Assembly (NCBI GenBank): GCA_018400015.1
Contig: JAGYNB010000002.1
Span: 116,555-180,554, forward strand
DNA: 64,000 nt
From: Candidatus Omnitrophota bacterium
GTDB lineage: Bacteria; Omnitrophota; Gorgyraeia; Gygaellales; Gygaellaceae
Reading direction: 5' to 3'
How positions within the stretch are numbered: position 1 is the first letter of the stretch; each line of letters starts with the position of its first letter. The notes under the pieces are model-generated. The model was not told where the DNA came from and did not search any database. It saw only the letters and a program-made list of their open reading frames with translations. Positions 35,469 to 44,126 of this stretch are shown here, piece by piece. The translations under genes were made by a program, and so were the position numbers.

Positions 35469-36533
35469 ATGTCTTTAGCGATTTCACTTGCTTTAATCGC
35501 TAGAGGGAAAACTTTTCCTAATCCTCTTGTGGGAGCAGTAGTTGTGAAGAATAATCGTATAATAGGCAAAGGATATCATAAAAAAGCCGGTTGTGACCAT
35601 GCAGAAATTGCTGCTTTAAAAAAAGCTGGCAATAAAGCTAAAGGAGCAGAGCTTTATATAACGTTGGAGCCTTGCACTCACCATGGAAGAACCCCTCCTT
35701 GTGTGAGAGAAATTGTGAAATCAGGCATAAAAAAAGTGGTTATTGCTATGCTTGATCCTAACCCTGTTAATACTTCAAGGGGTGTATCGATTTTAAGATC
35801 TCACGGCGTAAAAGTCAAAGTAGGCGTTCTTGAAAATGAAGCCAAGAAAATAAACGATTGGTTTGTCAAATATATTACAAAAGATAAGCCTTATGTGACA
35901 GTTAAGGTCGGTCAGAGTCTTGATGGCAGAATTGCCACGAGTCGTTTCCAGTCGAAATGGATCACTTCAGAGAAGGCAAGGGTTTTTTCACACCGACAAA
36001 GACGCTATTTTGATTCGGTAATGTTGGGTATTAATACAGTTATTAAAGACGATCCTACTTTAAAAGAATTTAAGACTAAAATAGTGGTTGATTCTAATCT
36101 TAGAATCCCTTTAAATTCCCGATTATTTGACGGCACATCAAGAGTTATCATTGCTTGTGTTCATTCTAGATTAAAAGAATTAGAAGGAATGGCAGGAAAA
36201 ATAAACAGTCTTAAGCAAAAAGGCGTAATAATTATTAAATTAAAGCAAAAAGGTGCCAAGGTAGATCTAAAACAGCTTATGAGAAAATTAGCCGATTTAG
36301 AAATAGCTAATATTCTCGTTGAGGGTGGTGGAGAGTTGATCGGTTCTCTTTTCGACAATAAACTTGTAGACAGGATTTTGTTTTTTATTGCACCCAAGAT
36401 TATCGGGGGAAAATCAGCGGTTAGTTCTGTAGAAGGTCAAGGCAGGGATCTTATTTACCAGTCTGTAAAAATTAAAAACTTAGTAGTTAAGAAAATTGGT
36501 TGTGATTATTTTTTTGACGGCGAGGTAGAATAA
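35469..36533 (+). CDS. ribD: bifunctional diaminohydroxyphosphoribosylaminopyrimidine deaminase / 5-amino-6-(5-phosphoribosylamino)uracil reductase
   Basis: ~354 aa from MSLAISLA... (the ORF-track start 35439 overlaps the PHP gene). CDA-fold zinc motifs ...CDHAEIAAL... and ...LEPCTHHGRTPPC..., plus a C-terminal reductase domain. Confidence 0.88.
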   Translation: MSLAISLALIARGKTFPNPLVGAVVVKNNRIIGKGYHKKAGCDHAEIAALKKAGNKAKGAELYITLEPCTHHGRTPPCVREIVKSGIKKVVIAMLDPNPVNTSRGVSILRSHGVKVKVGVLENEAKKINDWFVKYITKDKPYVTVKVGQSLDGRIATSRFQSKWITSEKARVFSHRQRRYFDSVMLGINTVIKDDPTLKEFKTKIVVDSNLRIPLNSRLFDGTSRVIIACVHSRLKELEGMAGKINSLKQKGVIIIKLKQKGAKVDLKQLMRKLADLEIANILVEGGGELIGSLFDNKLVDRILFFIAPKIIGGKSAVSSVEGQGRDLIYQSVKIKNLVVKKIGCDYFFDGEVE

Positions 36534-36535
36534 TA

Positions 36536-37168
36536 ATGTTTACGGGAATTATTGAAGAATTAGGCCGTATAAAAAATAAAAAATCTACAAGTAGAGGTTG
36601 TATTTTATCTGTAGAGTCTGATTTTGTGTACGATAAGGTTAAGTCTGCCGACAGTGTAAGTGTTAATGGTGTTTGTTTGACTGTTACTGTAAAAAAGGAT
36701 AGATGTTTGAATTTTGATGTTATGCAAGAGACTTTAGTGAAAACCAACCTTAATTTCATCAAACCTAATGATTATGTTAATTTAGAATGCGCCTTAAGAG
36801 CTCAGGATACGCTGAGCGGTCATTTTGTTACAGGACATATTGATACAACCGTGAAAATAAAAGAAATATCAGATGATAAGAGTTATGTTGAATTAATTTT
36901 AGATGATAAATTTAAACCCTTTGTCGTGGAAAAGGGATCTGTTGCCTTAGATGGAATAAGTCTGACTGTAGGAAAAATAACTCAAAGTGGTTTTATTGTT
37001 TATCTTATTCCTTTTAGTATAGAGCATACTAATTTAAAATACAGGAAAAAAAACGATTTTCTAAATCTGGAATGTGATATTCTGGCTAAATATGTAAATA
37101 ATGCCCTCCAAAACAAGAACAAATCTGCAATTACAAAGTCTTTTCTTGAGGATCACGGTTTTATCTAA
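36536..37168 (+). CDS. ribE: riboflavin synthase alpha chain
   Basis: 210 aa. MFTGIIEELG.I......... and the second lumazine-binding repeat ...GHFVTGHID.... Confidence 0.9.
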   Translation: MFTGIIEELGRIKNKKSTSRGCILSVESDFVYDKVKSADSVSVNGVCLTVTVKKDRCLNFDVMQETLVKTNLNFIKPNDYVNLECALRAQDTLSGHFVTGHIDTTVKIKEISDDKSYVELILDDKFKPFVVEKGSVALDGISLTVGKITQSGFIVYLIPFSIEHTNLKYRKKNDFLNLECDILAKYVNNALQNKNKSAITKSFLEDHGFI

Positions 37169-37313
37169 GAAGTTGCGAAAGCCTTGATTTTGTGTTAAAC
37201 TAACTATTTAGATGGCAACAGGTTATAACGTAACAAGCGGCTGGAATTACGCGCATTGAAAGGGTGTATTTTGTCCCCTTTAGCTTAATTATATTGTTAA
37301 AATAGTTTTTTCT

Positions 37314-37391
37314 CGGGGAGTGGCTCAGTTTGGCTAGAGCGCAACGTTCGGGACGTTGAGGTCGTGGGTTCAAGTCCCACCTCCCCGACCA
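37314..37391 (+). tRNA. tRNA-Pro: tRNA-Pro (anticodon CGG)
   Basis: 78 nt, CGGGGAGTGGCTCAGTTTGGCTAGAGCGCAACGTTCGGGACGTTGAGGTCGTGGGTTCAAGTCCCACCTCCCCGACCA. 7-bp acceptor stem with the bacterial tRNA-Pro C1-G72 pair. Anticodon loop UUCGGGA gives CGG. T-loop TTCAAGT. Encoded CCA. Confidence 0.9.
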
Positions 37392-37400
37392 GGAAAATAT

Positions 37401-37673
37401 ATGAAATATCAAGTACAGGTTATTTATTCAGGAAGAGTCCAAGGCGTAGGTTTTAGGTATAATGTAGACAACATCGCTAAAGTAATGAATATATTTGGAT
37501 GGATTAAGAATTTAGAAGATGGCCGGGTAATACTTGTTGCCGAGGCAGAAAAAGATATGTTGGAGAAGTTTTTAGATCAGATTAATAATTTCTTCTCGGA
37601 TTATATAAATGGCTCTAAGGTAGAATGGTTTGACAGCATCGACCATTTTAATAATTTCGAGGTTAAGTTTTAG
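37401..37673 (+). CDS. acyP: acylphosphatase
   Basis: ~90 aa from MKYQVQVIYSGRVQGVGFRYNV... (acylphosphatase signature V.G.VQGV.FR). The ORF-track start 37356 would overlap the tRNA, so I reject it. Confidence 0.85.
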   Translation: MKYQVQVIYSGRVQGVGFRYNVDNIAKVMNIFGWIKNLEDGRVILVAEAEKDMLEKFLDQINNFFSDYINGSKVEWFDSIDHFNNFEVKF

Positions 37674-38401
37674 TGCGTTATGCAATTATTTCTGATATCC
37701 ATAGTAATTTTGAGGCTTTTGAGGCAGCACTTGTTGTTTTAAAAAGCGAAGGTATTGATAAATATCTTTGTATCGGCGATATAGTAGGTTATGGCGTTGA
37801 TATCGATAGGTGCATTGAGCTTTTGCATTCATTGGATTTTATCTCTGTTGCCGGAAATCATGACTGGGCAAGCGCAGGAAAATTTGCTTTGGAAAATTTT
37901 AATACCATGGCAAAAGAAGCTATTCTGTACACGCGTGAAAAGATAAACGAAGAAGACTTAGATTTTCTAAGCGGGCTGAAGTTAACTTTCGAGGAAGATA
38001 ATTTTATTTTAGTTCACGGTAGTCTGGTGGATCCAGAGAATTTTAATTATATTATAGACGGTTATTCTGCCCAGGAATCTTTCTTGCAGCTTAAAAAGCA
38101 AATTTGCTTTATCGGTCATAGCCATGTCAACGAAATTTATATTCTATTGCCGGACGGCAGAGTAATCCATTCTAGCGATAAGCAAATAATTCTGAATAAT
38201 AAAAATAACTATATAGTTAATGTTGGAAGTATTGGTCAGCCAAGGGATGGCAATCCATTATCTTGTTTTTGTATTTATGATTCAAGCAAAAGGCAAGTAA
38301 GCTTTGTAAGGGAAAAATACGACGTAAAAGCAACTCGGGATAAGATAATTAAAGCAGGTCTACCTTTATTTTTAGGCGATAGGCTTGTTAATGGGCAGTA
38401 A
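37673..38401 (+). CDS. metallophosphoesterase (calcineurin-like, YfcE/MJ0936-type)
   Basis: 242 aa. ...MRYAIISDIHSN..A......, ...CIGDIVGYG... and ...AGNHD... are metallophosphatase motifs. Confidence 0.8.
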   Translation: MRYAIISDIHSNFEAFEAALVVLKSEGIDKYLCIGDIVGYGVDIDRCIELLHSLDFISVAGNHDWASAGKFALENFNTMAKEAILYTREKINEEDLDFLSGLKLTFEEDNFILVHGSLVDPENFNYIIDGYSAQESFLQLKKQICFIGHSHVNEIYILLPDGRVIHSSDKQIILNNKNNYIVNVGSIGQPRDGNPLSCFCIYDSSKRQVSFVREKYDVKATRDKIIKAGLPLFLGDRLVNGQ

Positions 38402-38402
38402 A

Positions 38403-40397
38403 ATGAGAAAAGATTATAAGCAAGAAATAGACAGGCTTAAAAAGATGATCAGGCATCATAATAGGCTTTATTATATTCAGTCTAACCCACAGATGTCAGA
38501 TAAAGAATATGATGATTTAGTCAGAAAGCTTAGAGGTCTTGAAGAGAAGTTTCCGCAATATAAAACCGATGATTCTCCTACTTTAAGGGTAGGTTCAGAT
38601 ATCGCCAGGAGCCTGAATACGATTAGACATAAAGCGAAAATGCTGTCTCTGGAAAACACATATTCTTTTGAAGAGTTGATAGATTGGGAAAATAGACAAA
38701 AGAAAAATCTTAAAAGAAGCGGTAGTCTTGAATATATAGCAGAATTGAAGATTGATGGTGTCAGCGCTAATCTGACATATCGAAAGTCTAAATTGGCGAT
38801 TGCTGCTACGCGTGGAAATGGGGAGATTGGCGAAGATGTTTTGATGAATATAAAAACTATTTCTTCTATACCTTTAGTTTTGTCCGGCAAAAATCATCCT
38901 GATTCTATTGAAATACGAGGTGAGGTTTATATGGATAAGGATGGGTTCAATAAGCTTAACGTTCAGCGTAAGCAGCAGGGCTTGGAATTATTTGCAAATC
39001 CCAGAAACGCAGCAAGCGGGTCTTTAAAACTTTTAGATGCAAAAACCACGGCAAAAAGAGAATTAAATTTTTTTGCACATTCTCTCGGTGAAGTAAAAGG
39101 TTTAGAGATTAATTCTCAAAAGGAGTTTATGGAACTTTTAAGAAATTGGTCCATGCCGGTCAATCCGCATGTCAAGTTCTGTAATTCCCTCCAGGAGGTT
39201 ATAGAATATTGTCAGTATTGGCAGGGGAAAAAAGATAGTTTGAATTATGATATCGATGGTATCGTGGTTAAAGTAAATAGCATCAAAAAGCAACGTATGC
39301 TAGGAACTACTTTAAAAAGCCCTCGTTGGGCGATTGCTTATAAATTTCCGGCACAGCAGGCAACAACTGATATTTTAGATGTAACTTTCGGTGTTGGCAG
39401 AACAGGTATAATTACTCCTGTTGCCGTACTTAAACCCGTAGAATGTTCCGGAGTAATCATAAAACACGCAACGTTACACAATTTCGATGAGATAAAAAGA
39501 CTTGATATAAGAATTGGTGATAAGGTGTTGATTGAGCGAGCCGGTGATGTAATTCCTAAAATAGTAAAGGTGGTTAAATCTAAAGGGAAAAAGAAGATTC
39601 TGCCTCCGATAAAATGTCCTGTCTGTTCGGGTAAAGTAATAAAAGAGAAAGACGAAGATGTTGCCTGGCGTTGTATTAATCCAAATTGTTCTCAGCAGTT
39701 CGAAGCTAAATTACTGCATTTTGCTTCAAAACAAGCTATGGATATAGAAGGCATGGGGTATATCGTAGTCAGTCAATTGGTAAAGTTAAACCTGGTGAAT
39801 GATTTCTCAGATATATATAAACTAACAGAACAAGATCTGAGAAGTTTAGATTTATTTAAAGAGAGAAAAATCAATAATCTGCTTAGGGCAATTGAAAGTA
39901 GCAAGACTAGGACCCTGTCGCGTTTTATATATGCTTTAGGTATCAGGCATGTTGGAGAGAAGGCGGCTTTTGTGTTGGCGAATCATTTTGATAAACTAGA
40001 TAATATCATAAAAGCCAAGAAAAGTGATTTAGAATCTATTTATGAAATAGGTTCAGTTATGGCTGATTCAATTGTAGCTTATTTTTCTCAAAACAAAGTC
40101 AGAAAACTTATGGGAAAACTTAAAAAATCAGGAGTTCGTTTTACTAATGAGAAAACTGTTAAAAAGAACAATATTCTCAATGGAAAAACATTTGTTTTTA
40201 CCGGTGAGTTAAAAAGCTTTACGCGTCAGCAGGCACGGGCGTTAGTACGCAGTCGCGGCGGGAGTTTTTCTTCTTCGGTAAGTAGTAAAACTGATTTTCT
40301 TGTTGCTGGCGATGATCCCGGTTCTAAATTACTTAAAGCAAAACGTTTAAAAGTCGCTATTGTTCATGAAGGCGAATTTAAGGAGATGCTAAAATGA
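38403..40397 (+). CDS. ligA: NAD-dependent DNA ligase
   Basis: ~664 aa from MRKDYKQEIDRLKKMIRHHNRLYY... Adenylation motif ...EYIAELKIDGVS..., OB domain, Zn finger (CPVCSG...C), HhH and a C-terminal BRCT domain. Confidence 0.92.
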   Translation: MRKDYKQEIDRLKKMIRHHNRLYYIQSNPQMSDKEYDDLVRKLRGLEEKFPQYKTDDSPTLRVGSDIARSLNTIRHKAKMLSLENTYSFEELIDWENRQKKNLKRSGSLEYIAELKIDGVSANLTYRKSKLAIAATRGNGEIGEDVLMNIKTISSIPLVLSGKNHPDSIEIRGEVYMDKDGFNKLNVQRKQQGLELFANPRNAASGSLKLLDAKTTAKRELNFFAHSLGEVKGLEINSQKEFMELLRNWSMPVNPHVKFCNSLQEVIEYCQYWQGKKDSLNYDIDGIVVKVNSIKKQRMLGTTLKSPRWAIAYKFPAQQATTDILDVTFGVGRTGIITPVAVLKPVECSGVIIKHATLHNFDEIKRLDIRIGDKVLIERAGDVIPKIVKVVKSKGKKKILPPIKCPVCSGKVIKEKDEDVAWRCINPNCSQQFEAKLLHFASKQAMDIEGMGYIVVSQLVKLNLVNDFSDIYKLTEQDLRSLDLFKERKINNLLRAIESSKTRTLSRFIYALGIRHVGEKAAFVLANHFDKLDNIIKAKKSDLESIYEIGSVMADSIVAYFSQNKVRKLMGKLKKSGVRFTNEKTVKKNNILNGKTFVFTGELKSFTRQQARALVRSRGGSFSSSVSSKTDFLVAGDDPGSKLLKAKRLKVAIVHEGEFKEMLK

Positions 40398-40894
40398 TCA
40401 GAACATTTTTTTATGTTTGTTTAGTAAGTTGTTTTTTGTTTGTAAATTTAGGATGTGAAGCGTTTGCCAAGAAATTTGTGCGTAAGCCTAAAAAAGACGA
40501 TCAGCCGATAGAGATAATATTGGAACCAAGAGAATACCCACAAAATCCGTTACCTACTGAAGAATTATACCGTCAGAGGTTTACGTTTTGGAAGTATTGG
40601 CAGGATGAGCTTATTAATTCTTTGTATCCAGGCGGAAACCGGAAAAAACAGCTGGAATCAGTAAGTTATTCTATAGAATTCTTAAATTCCTTGAAAATGT
40701 TATTGGCAGAAGATTTAATTGAAAGAATTGATTCGGAGATTGTCCAACTGGAAAAAGTTAAATCGCGCTTAGAAAGTACGTTTATTACTAGCGATGATTT
40801 AAGAAGGATTAAGCGGGAAGCGGAAAAACAAAAATTAAGAATAGACAGGGATTTTGTTTTTTCCAGAATAGAAGAGAGCGTTTTAGGCAGATGA
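40394..40894 (+). CDS. hypothetical lipoprotein (lipobox VNLGC), coiled-coil rich
   Basis: 166 aa. Signal peptide MIRTFFYVCLVSCFLFVNLGC with a lipobox Cys. No recognisable catalytic motif. Translationally coupled (ATGA) to ligA upstream and to the MBL gene downstream. Confidence 0.45.
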   Translation: MIRTFFYVCLVSCFLFVNLGCEAFAKKFVRKPKKDDQPIEIILEPREYPQNPLPTEELYRQRFTFWKYWQDELINSLYPGGNRKKQLESVSYSIEFLNSLKMLLAEDLIERIDSEIVQLEKVKSRLESTFITSDDLRRIKREAEKQKLRIDRDFVFSRIEESVLGR

Positions 40895-41499
40895 TATTTA
40901 AAAAACTTACTCTTGGGAGTTATTTTGTAAATTGTTATGTTTTGGGAAACGAGCGTTCAAAAGAAGCGCTTGTGATCGATCCTGGTGCAGAGTATAAAAG
41001 AATAGAATCTTTTCTTAAGGAAAATGATCTTAAGCCAATAGCGGTTATAAATACTCATGGGCACTTGGATCATATCCAAGAAGATGATTGTTTTAATCTG
41101 CCAGTGTATATACATTCTTTAGACAAGGGTTGTTTTACTAGTCCTGAAGAAAATCTATCGGCTTTTTTTGGAGCGCCTTTTACCATTAAATCCAAGCCGA
41201 GATTATTAGAGGATAAACAAATAATTTCCTTGGCTGGTTTTAAACTTGAGGTTATTCATACTCCTGGTCACACCAAGGGGTGTATTTGCTTAAGGTTTGA
41301 GGGTATGTTATTCTCTGGTGATACTCTTTTTGCCGGTAGTATCGGGAGGACTGATTTTCCGGGAGCGGATTCAAAGGTTATAATAGATTCGATTAAGAAG
41401 AAAATTTTAACAATAAAAGAAGATTTGAAAGTTTTTCCGGGCCATGGGCAAGATACTACTTTGGAAAAAGAGAAACTAACGAATTGCTTCTTGAATTAG
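40891..41499 (+). CDS. MBL-fold metallo-hydrolase (glyoxalase II-like)
   Basis: 202 aa. ...INTHGHLDHI... (HxHxDH), ...IHTPGHT.G..C... and ...GDTLF... are MBL-fold metal-binding motifs. Confidence 0.8.
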   Translation: MIFKKLTLGSYFVNCYVLGNERSKEALVIDPGAEYKRIESFLKENDLKPIAVINTHGHLDHIQEDDCFNLPVYIHSLDKGCFTSPEENLSAFFGAPFTIKSKPRLLEDKQIISLAGFKLEVIHTPGHTKGCICLRFEGMLFSGDTLFAGSIGRTDFPGADSKVIIDSIKKKILTIKEDLKVFPGHGQDTTLEKEKLTNCFLN

Positions 41500-41505
41500 T
41501 TTAAT

Positions 41506-42393
41506 ATGAAAGATTTGATCGAAAATTTCTTGTATTATTTATCTGTTGAACGCAATCTTGCAAAAAATACAATTAATTCTTATCGCAGGGATTTGAATAA
41601 TTATAAAGAGTTTTTAGACAGTAAGAAGATTAACGATCTTTCCAGTACGACAAGAGAAACTTTATCTGATTTTCTTTTTTGGCGCAAGGATAAGGGAATA
41701 TCAGCCAGTTCCATAGCCAGGCAACTGGCAGCAATAAAGAGCTTTCATCGTTTTCTGGTAAGAGAACGTATTGTTAAACATGATCCGACAGCGTTATTGG
41801 ATTCACCGAAGTTATGGAAAAGAATTCCTGATACGCTATCTTCTAACGAGGTCGAAACATTGCTATCACAACCACAGATTAAAGATAAATACGGCATTCG
41901 CGATAAAGCAATAATGGAATTGATGTATGCAACTGGGATGCGTGTAAGCGAAGCGGTAAATTTAAAACTAGAAAGCGTGAACATGGATGTTGGTTTTGTA
42001 CGTTGTTTTGGCAAAGGAGGCAAAGAAAGAATTGTTCCAATTGGAAAAAAATCCGCTGTGGCAGTAGCTAGATATATCAATGGCCTGCGTAAAGAAACAG
42101 ACAAGTTGGCACAGTCTAATAATTTATTTCTTAATCGTTTCGGAAGGCCGCTTTCGCGCGTATGGGTGTGGAAGATGATAAAGTTTTATGCAAAGAAAGC
42201 AGGGATAAAAAAACACATTAAGCCGCATATTTTAAGGCATTCTTTTGCTACTCATTTATTGGAGGGGGGGGCGGATTTACGTTCGGTTCAGGAAATGTTG
42301 GGGCATGCGAGCATTTCTACGACACAGATTTACACACATGTTAATAAAGACAGACTTAAGTCGATTCATAAGAAATTTCATCCCAGAGGTTAG
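41506..42393 (+). CDS. xerD: site-specific tyrosine recombinase XerD/XerC
   Basis: 295 aa. N-terminal core-binding domain (...YLSVERNLA.NT...Y..DL..F...), catalytic R...HxxR...Y (...HILRHSFATHLLEGGADLRSVQEMLGHASISTTQIYTHV...). No adjacent phage or mobile genes, so a housekeeping Xer recombinase. Confidence 0.85.
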   Translation: MKDLIENFLYYLSVERNLAKNTINSYRRDLNNYKEFLDSKKINDLSSTTRETLSDFLFWRKDKGISASSIARQLAAIKSFHRFLVRERIVKHDPTALLDSPKLWKRIPDTLSSNEVETLLSQPQIKDKYGIRDKAIMELMYATGMRVSEAVNLKLESVNMDVGFVRCFGKGGKERIVPIGKKSAVAVARYINGLRKETDKLAQSNNLFLNRFGRPLSRVWVWKMIKFYAKKAGIKKHIKPHILRHSFATHLLEGGADLRSVQEMLGHASISTTQIYTHVNKDRLKSIHKKFHPRG

Positions 42394-42395
42394 CT

Positions 42396-43667
42396 GTGAA
42401 AAAAATATTGGCAAGACAATCTAAGAAAATAAAAAGTTTGATTAAGCAGATGGCTATACTTTCAGATAAAGAGAACTGTTCAGTTTTTCTCGTGGGGGGA
42501 TTTGTAAGGGATTTAATTTTAGGCATTGATAATTTTGACTTGGATATAGTGGTTGAAGGGAATGGGCTTAGCTTTGCAAAAAGACTTTTTAATTGTTTAG
42601 GGGAAAGCATTGTTGTGCATAAAAGGTTCGCAACCGCAACCATTATTACTAAAGATAAACTTAAATTAGATATTGCAACGGCTAGAAGCGAGAGTTATGC
42701 CTCTCCTGGGGTTTTGCCGGAAGTGATATTCGGCTCTCTGCGAGATGATTTAAAAAGAAGGGATTTTTCGATTAATGCCATGGCTATTTCTTTAAATGGG
42801 AGCAGTTTTGGCGAATTGGTTGATTATTTTGGCGGGAAAAAGGATTTAAGAGAAAAAAGAATCAGGATTTTGCACGATTTGAGCTTTATTGATGATCCTA
42901 CAAGAATAACAAGGGCGATAAGGTTTAAGGCAAGGTTTGGCTTTAGCCTGGATGAGAAAACAGAATTTTTATTGAAACAAGCAGTAAAAAAAAGGTTGCT
43001 TTTCAAGATGCAGAAACATCGTCTTAGAGATGAAATTATTTTGTTATTGAAAGAACAGAAACCAGCTGTTTATATAAAAGAGTTAAACCGTTTATGCGGT
43101 CTTAAGTTTATATATTCAGGCATTGTTTTTTTTCCATCGCTTGATAGATTACTTAAAACTATCGAAAAAGAAGTTAGGTGGTTTACGAACAGTCAATTCA
43201 GCAAAAGACAGCTTGAGGCTTGGCTTGTTTATTTGATCGGTATGTTAGATGGTTTGACTTTGACAAAATTAAGAAAGTTTTGTTTTGAATATGCCTTGCG
43301 TAAAAAAGATACGAAACGAATCCTATCTTATAAGAATTTTATGTTGAAGAAAGAAAGAAAACTACATGAGGTATTAAAGCCTGTATACTTGTATAAAATA
43401 ATGTCTCCTCTTAGTTACGAAGCAATTATTGCTGTTCTTGCTAAGGAAAATAATCGTACAGCAAGAATGAATATTGTTAGATTCCTGGAAGAATTTCATA
43501 CGATAAGACCGCATATAAACGGTGATATAATCAAAGAATTAGGGATAAAGGAAGGGCCGTTGATTAAAAAGATAATTAATCAGGTCCATAATGCGCGTAT
43601 AAATAAAACAATTCATACATTTGATCAAGAGCTGGATTTAGTTAGAAAGATTCTTAGGATAAAATGA
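42396..43667 (+). CDS. cca: CCA-adding tRNA nucleotidyltransferase / poly(A) polymerase family protein (GTG start)
   Basis: 423 aa. Pol-beta NTase head with ...VFLVGGFVRDLILG......D.D.VVEG.... Confidence 0.8.
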   Translation: MKKILARQSKKIKSLIKQMAILSDKENCSVFLVGGFVRDLILGIDNFDLDIVVEGNGLSFAKRLFNCLGESIVVHKRFATATIITKDKLKLDIATARSESYASPGVLPEVIFGSLRDDLKRRDFSINAMAISLNGSSFGELVDYFGGKKDLREKRIRILHDLSFIDDPTRITRAIRFKARFGFSLDEKTEFLLKQAVKKRLLFKMQKHRLRDEIILLLKEQKPAVYIKELNRLCGLKFIYSGIVFFPSLDRLLKTIEKEVRWFTNSQFSKRQLEAWLVYLIGMLDGLTLTKLRKFCFEYALRKKDTKRILSYKNFMLKKERKLHEVLKPVYLYKIMSPLSYEAIIAVLAKENNRTARMNIVRFLEEFHTIRPHINGDIIKELGIKEGPLIKKIINQVHNARINKTIHTFDQELDLVRKILRIK

Positions 43668-43778
43668 GTTTAGGAGTTTTGGTTCCGTAAGCAATATTGA
43701 TAATTTTCTGTAAAGAGAGTAATTGTTTAATTAACCCGATAAGTTGCGACACCAAGCTTATCTAACAAAAAGAAGACG

Positions 43779-44126
43779 ATGAGAAAAGATAAAGTAAAAT
43801 CAGAGTTGAAAAAGGAAATAAGCAGTATTATTAATAATGAAGTGAAGGATCCTCGTTTGGGATTTATTACGTTGGTGGATACCGAACTTAGCGATGACTT
43901 AAAATACCTTAAGGTTTTCTACAGCGTTTTAGGAGCAAAGAACGATGAAGATCTTGCACAGGAAATCCTGGAAAAGGCAGAAGGTTTTATAAAAAAACTT
44001 ATTGCCAGAAGGTTAAAATTAAGATTTGTCCCAGAGATAAAATTCATAGTTGATAGGACTATAGCAAAGGCGCAGCATATCGAAGATATTTTAGAAAATA
44101 TTAAACATAAGGAAGATGATGAATAG
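43779..44126 (+). CDS. rbfA: ribosome-binding factor A
   Basis: 115 aa. ...DPRLGFITL..VELS.DL..LKVFYSVLG... matches the RbfA KH-like fold. Confidence 0.85.
   Translation: MRKDKVKSELKKEISSIINNEVKDPRLGFITLVDTELSDDLKYLKVFYSVLGAKNDEDLAQEILEKAEGFIKKLIARRLKLRFVPEIKFIVDRTIAKAQHIEDILENIKHKEDDE

Noticed and set aside
37356-37400. ORF-track start of the acylphosphatase ORF (MRSWVQVPPPRPGKY...)
   Set aside because: It would be translated from the T-arm and acceptor stem of tRNA-Pro. The conserved acylphosphatase fold begins at the internal Met (37401).
41506-42393. Tyrosine recombinase as a possible integrase of a mobile element or prophage
   Set aside because: The size (295 aa), XerD-type N- and C-terminal motifs, absence of adjacent phage or transposon genes and its distance (>4 kb) from the tRNA make it a chromosomal dimer-resolution Xer recombinase.
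43668-43778. Possible small RNA or SRP/6S-like element in the 111-nt cca-rbfA gap; the 37169-37313 gap was checked similarly
   Set aside because: No recognisable SRP (GGAA tetraloop/domain IV), 6S, tmRNA or RNase P motifs were found. There is only a weak imperfect inverted repeat (gataag...cttatc) without a U-tract.
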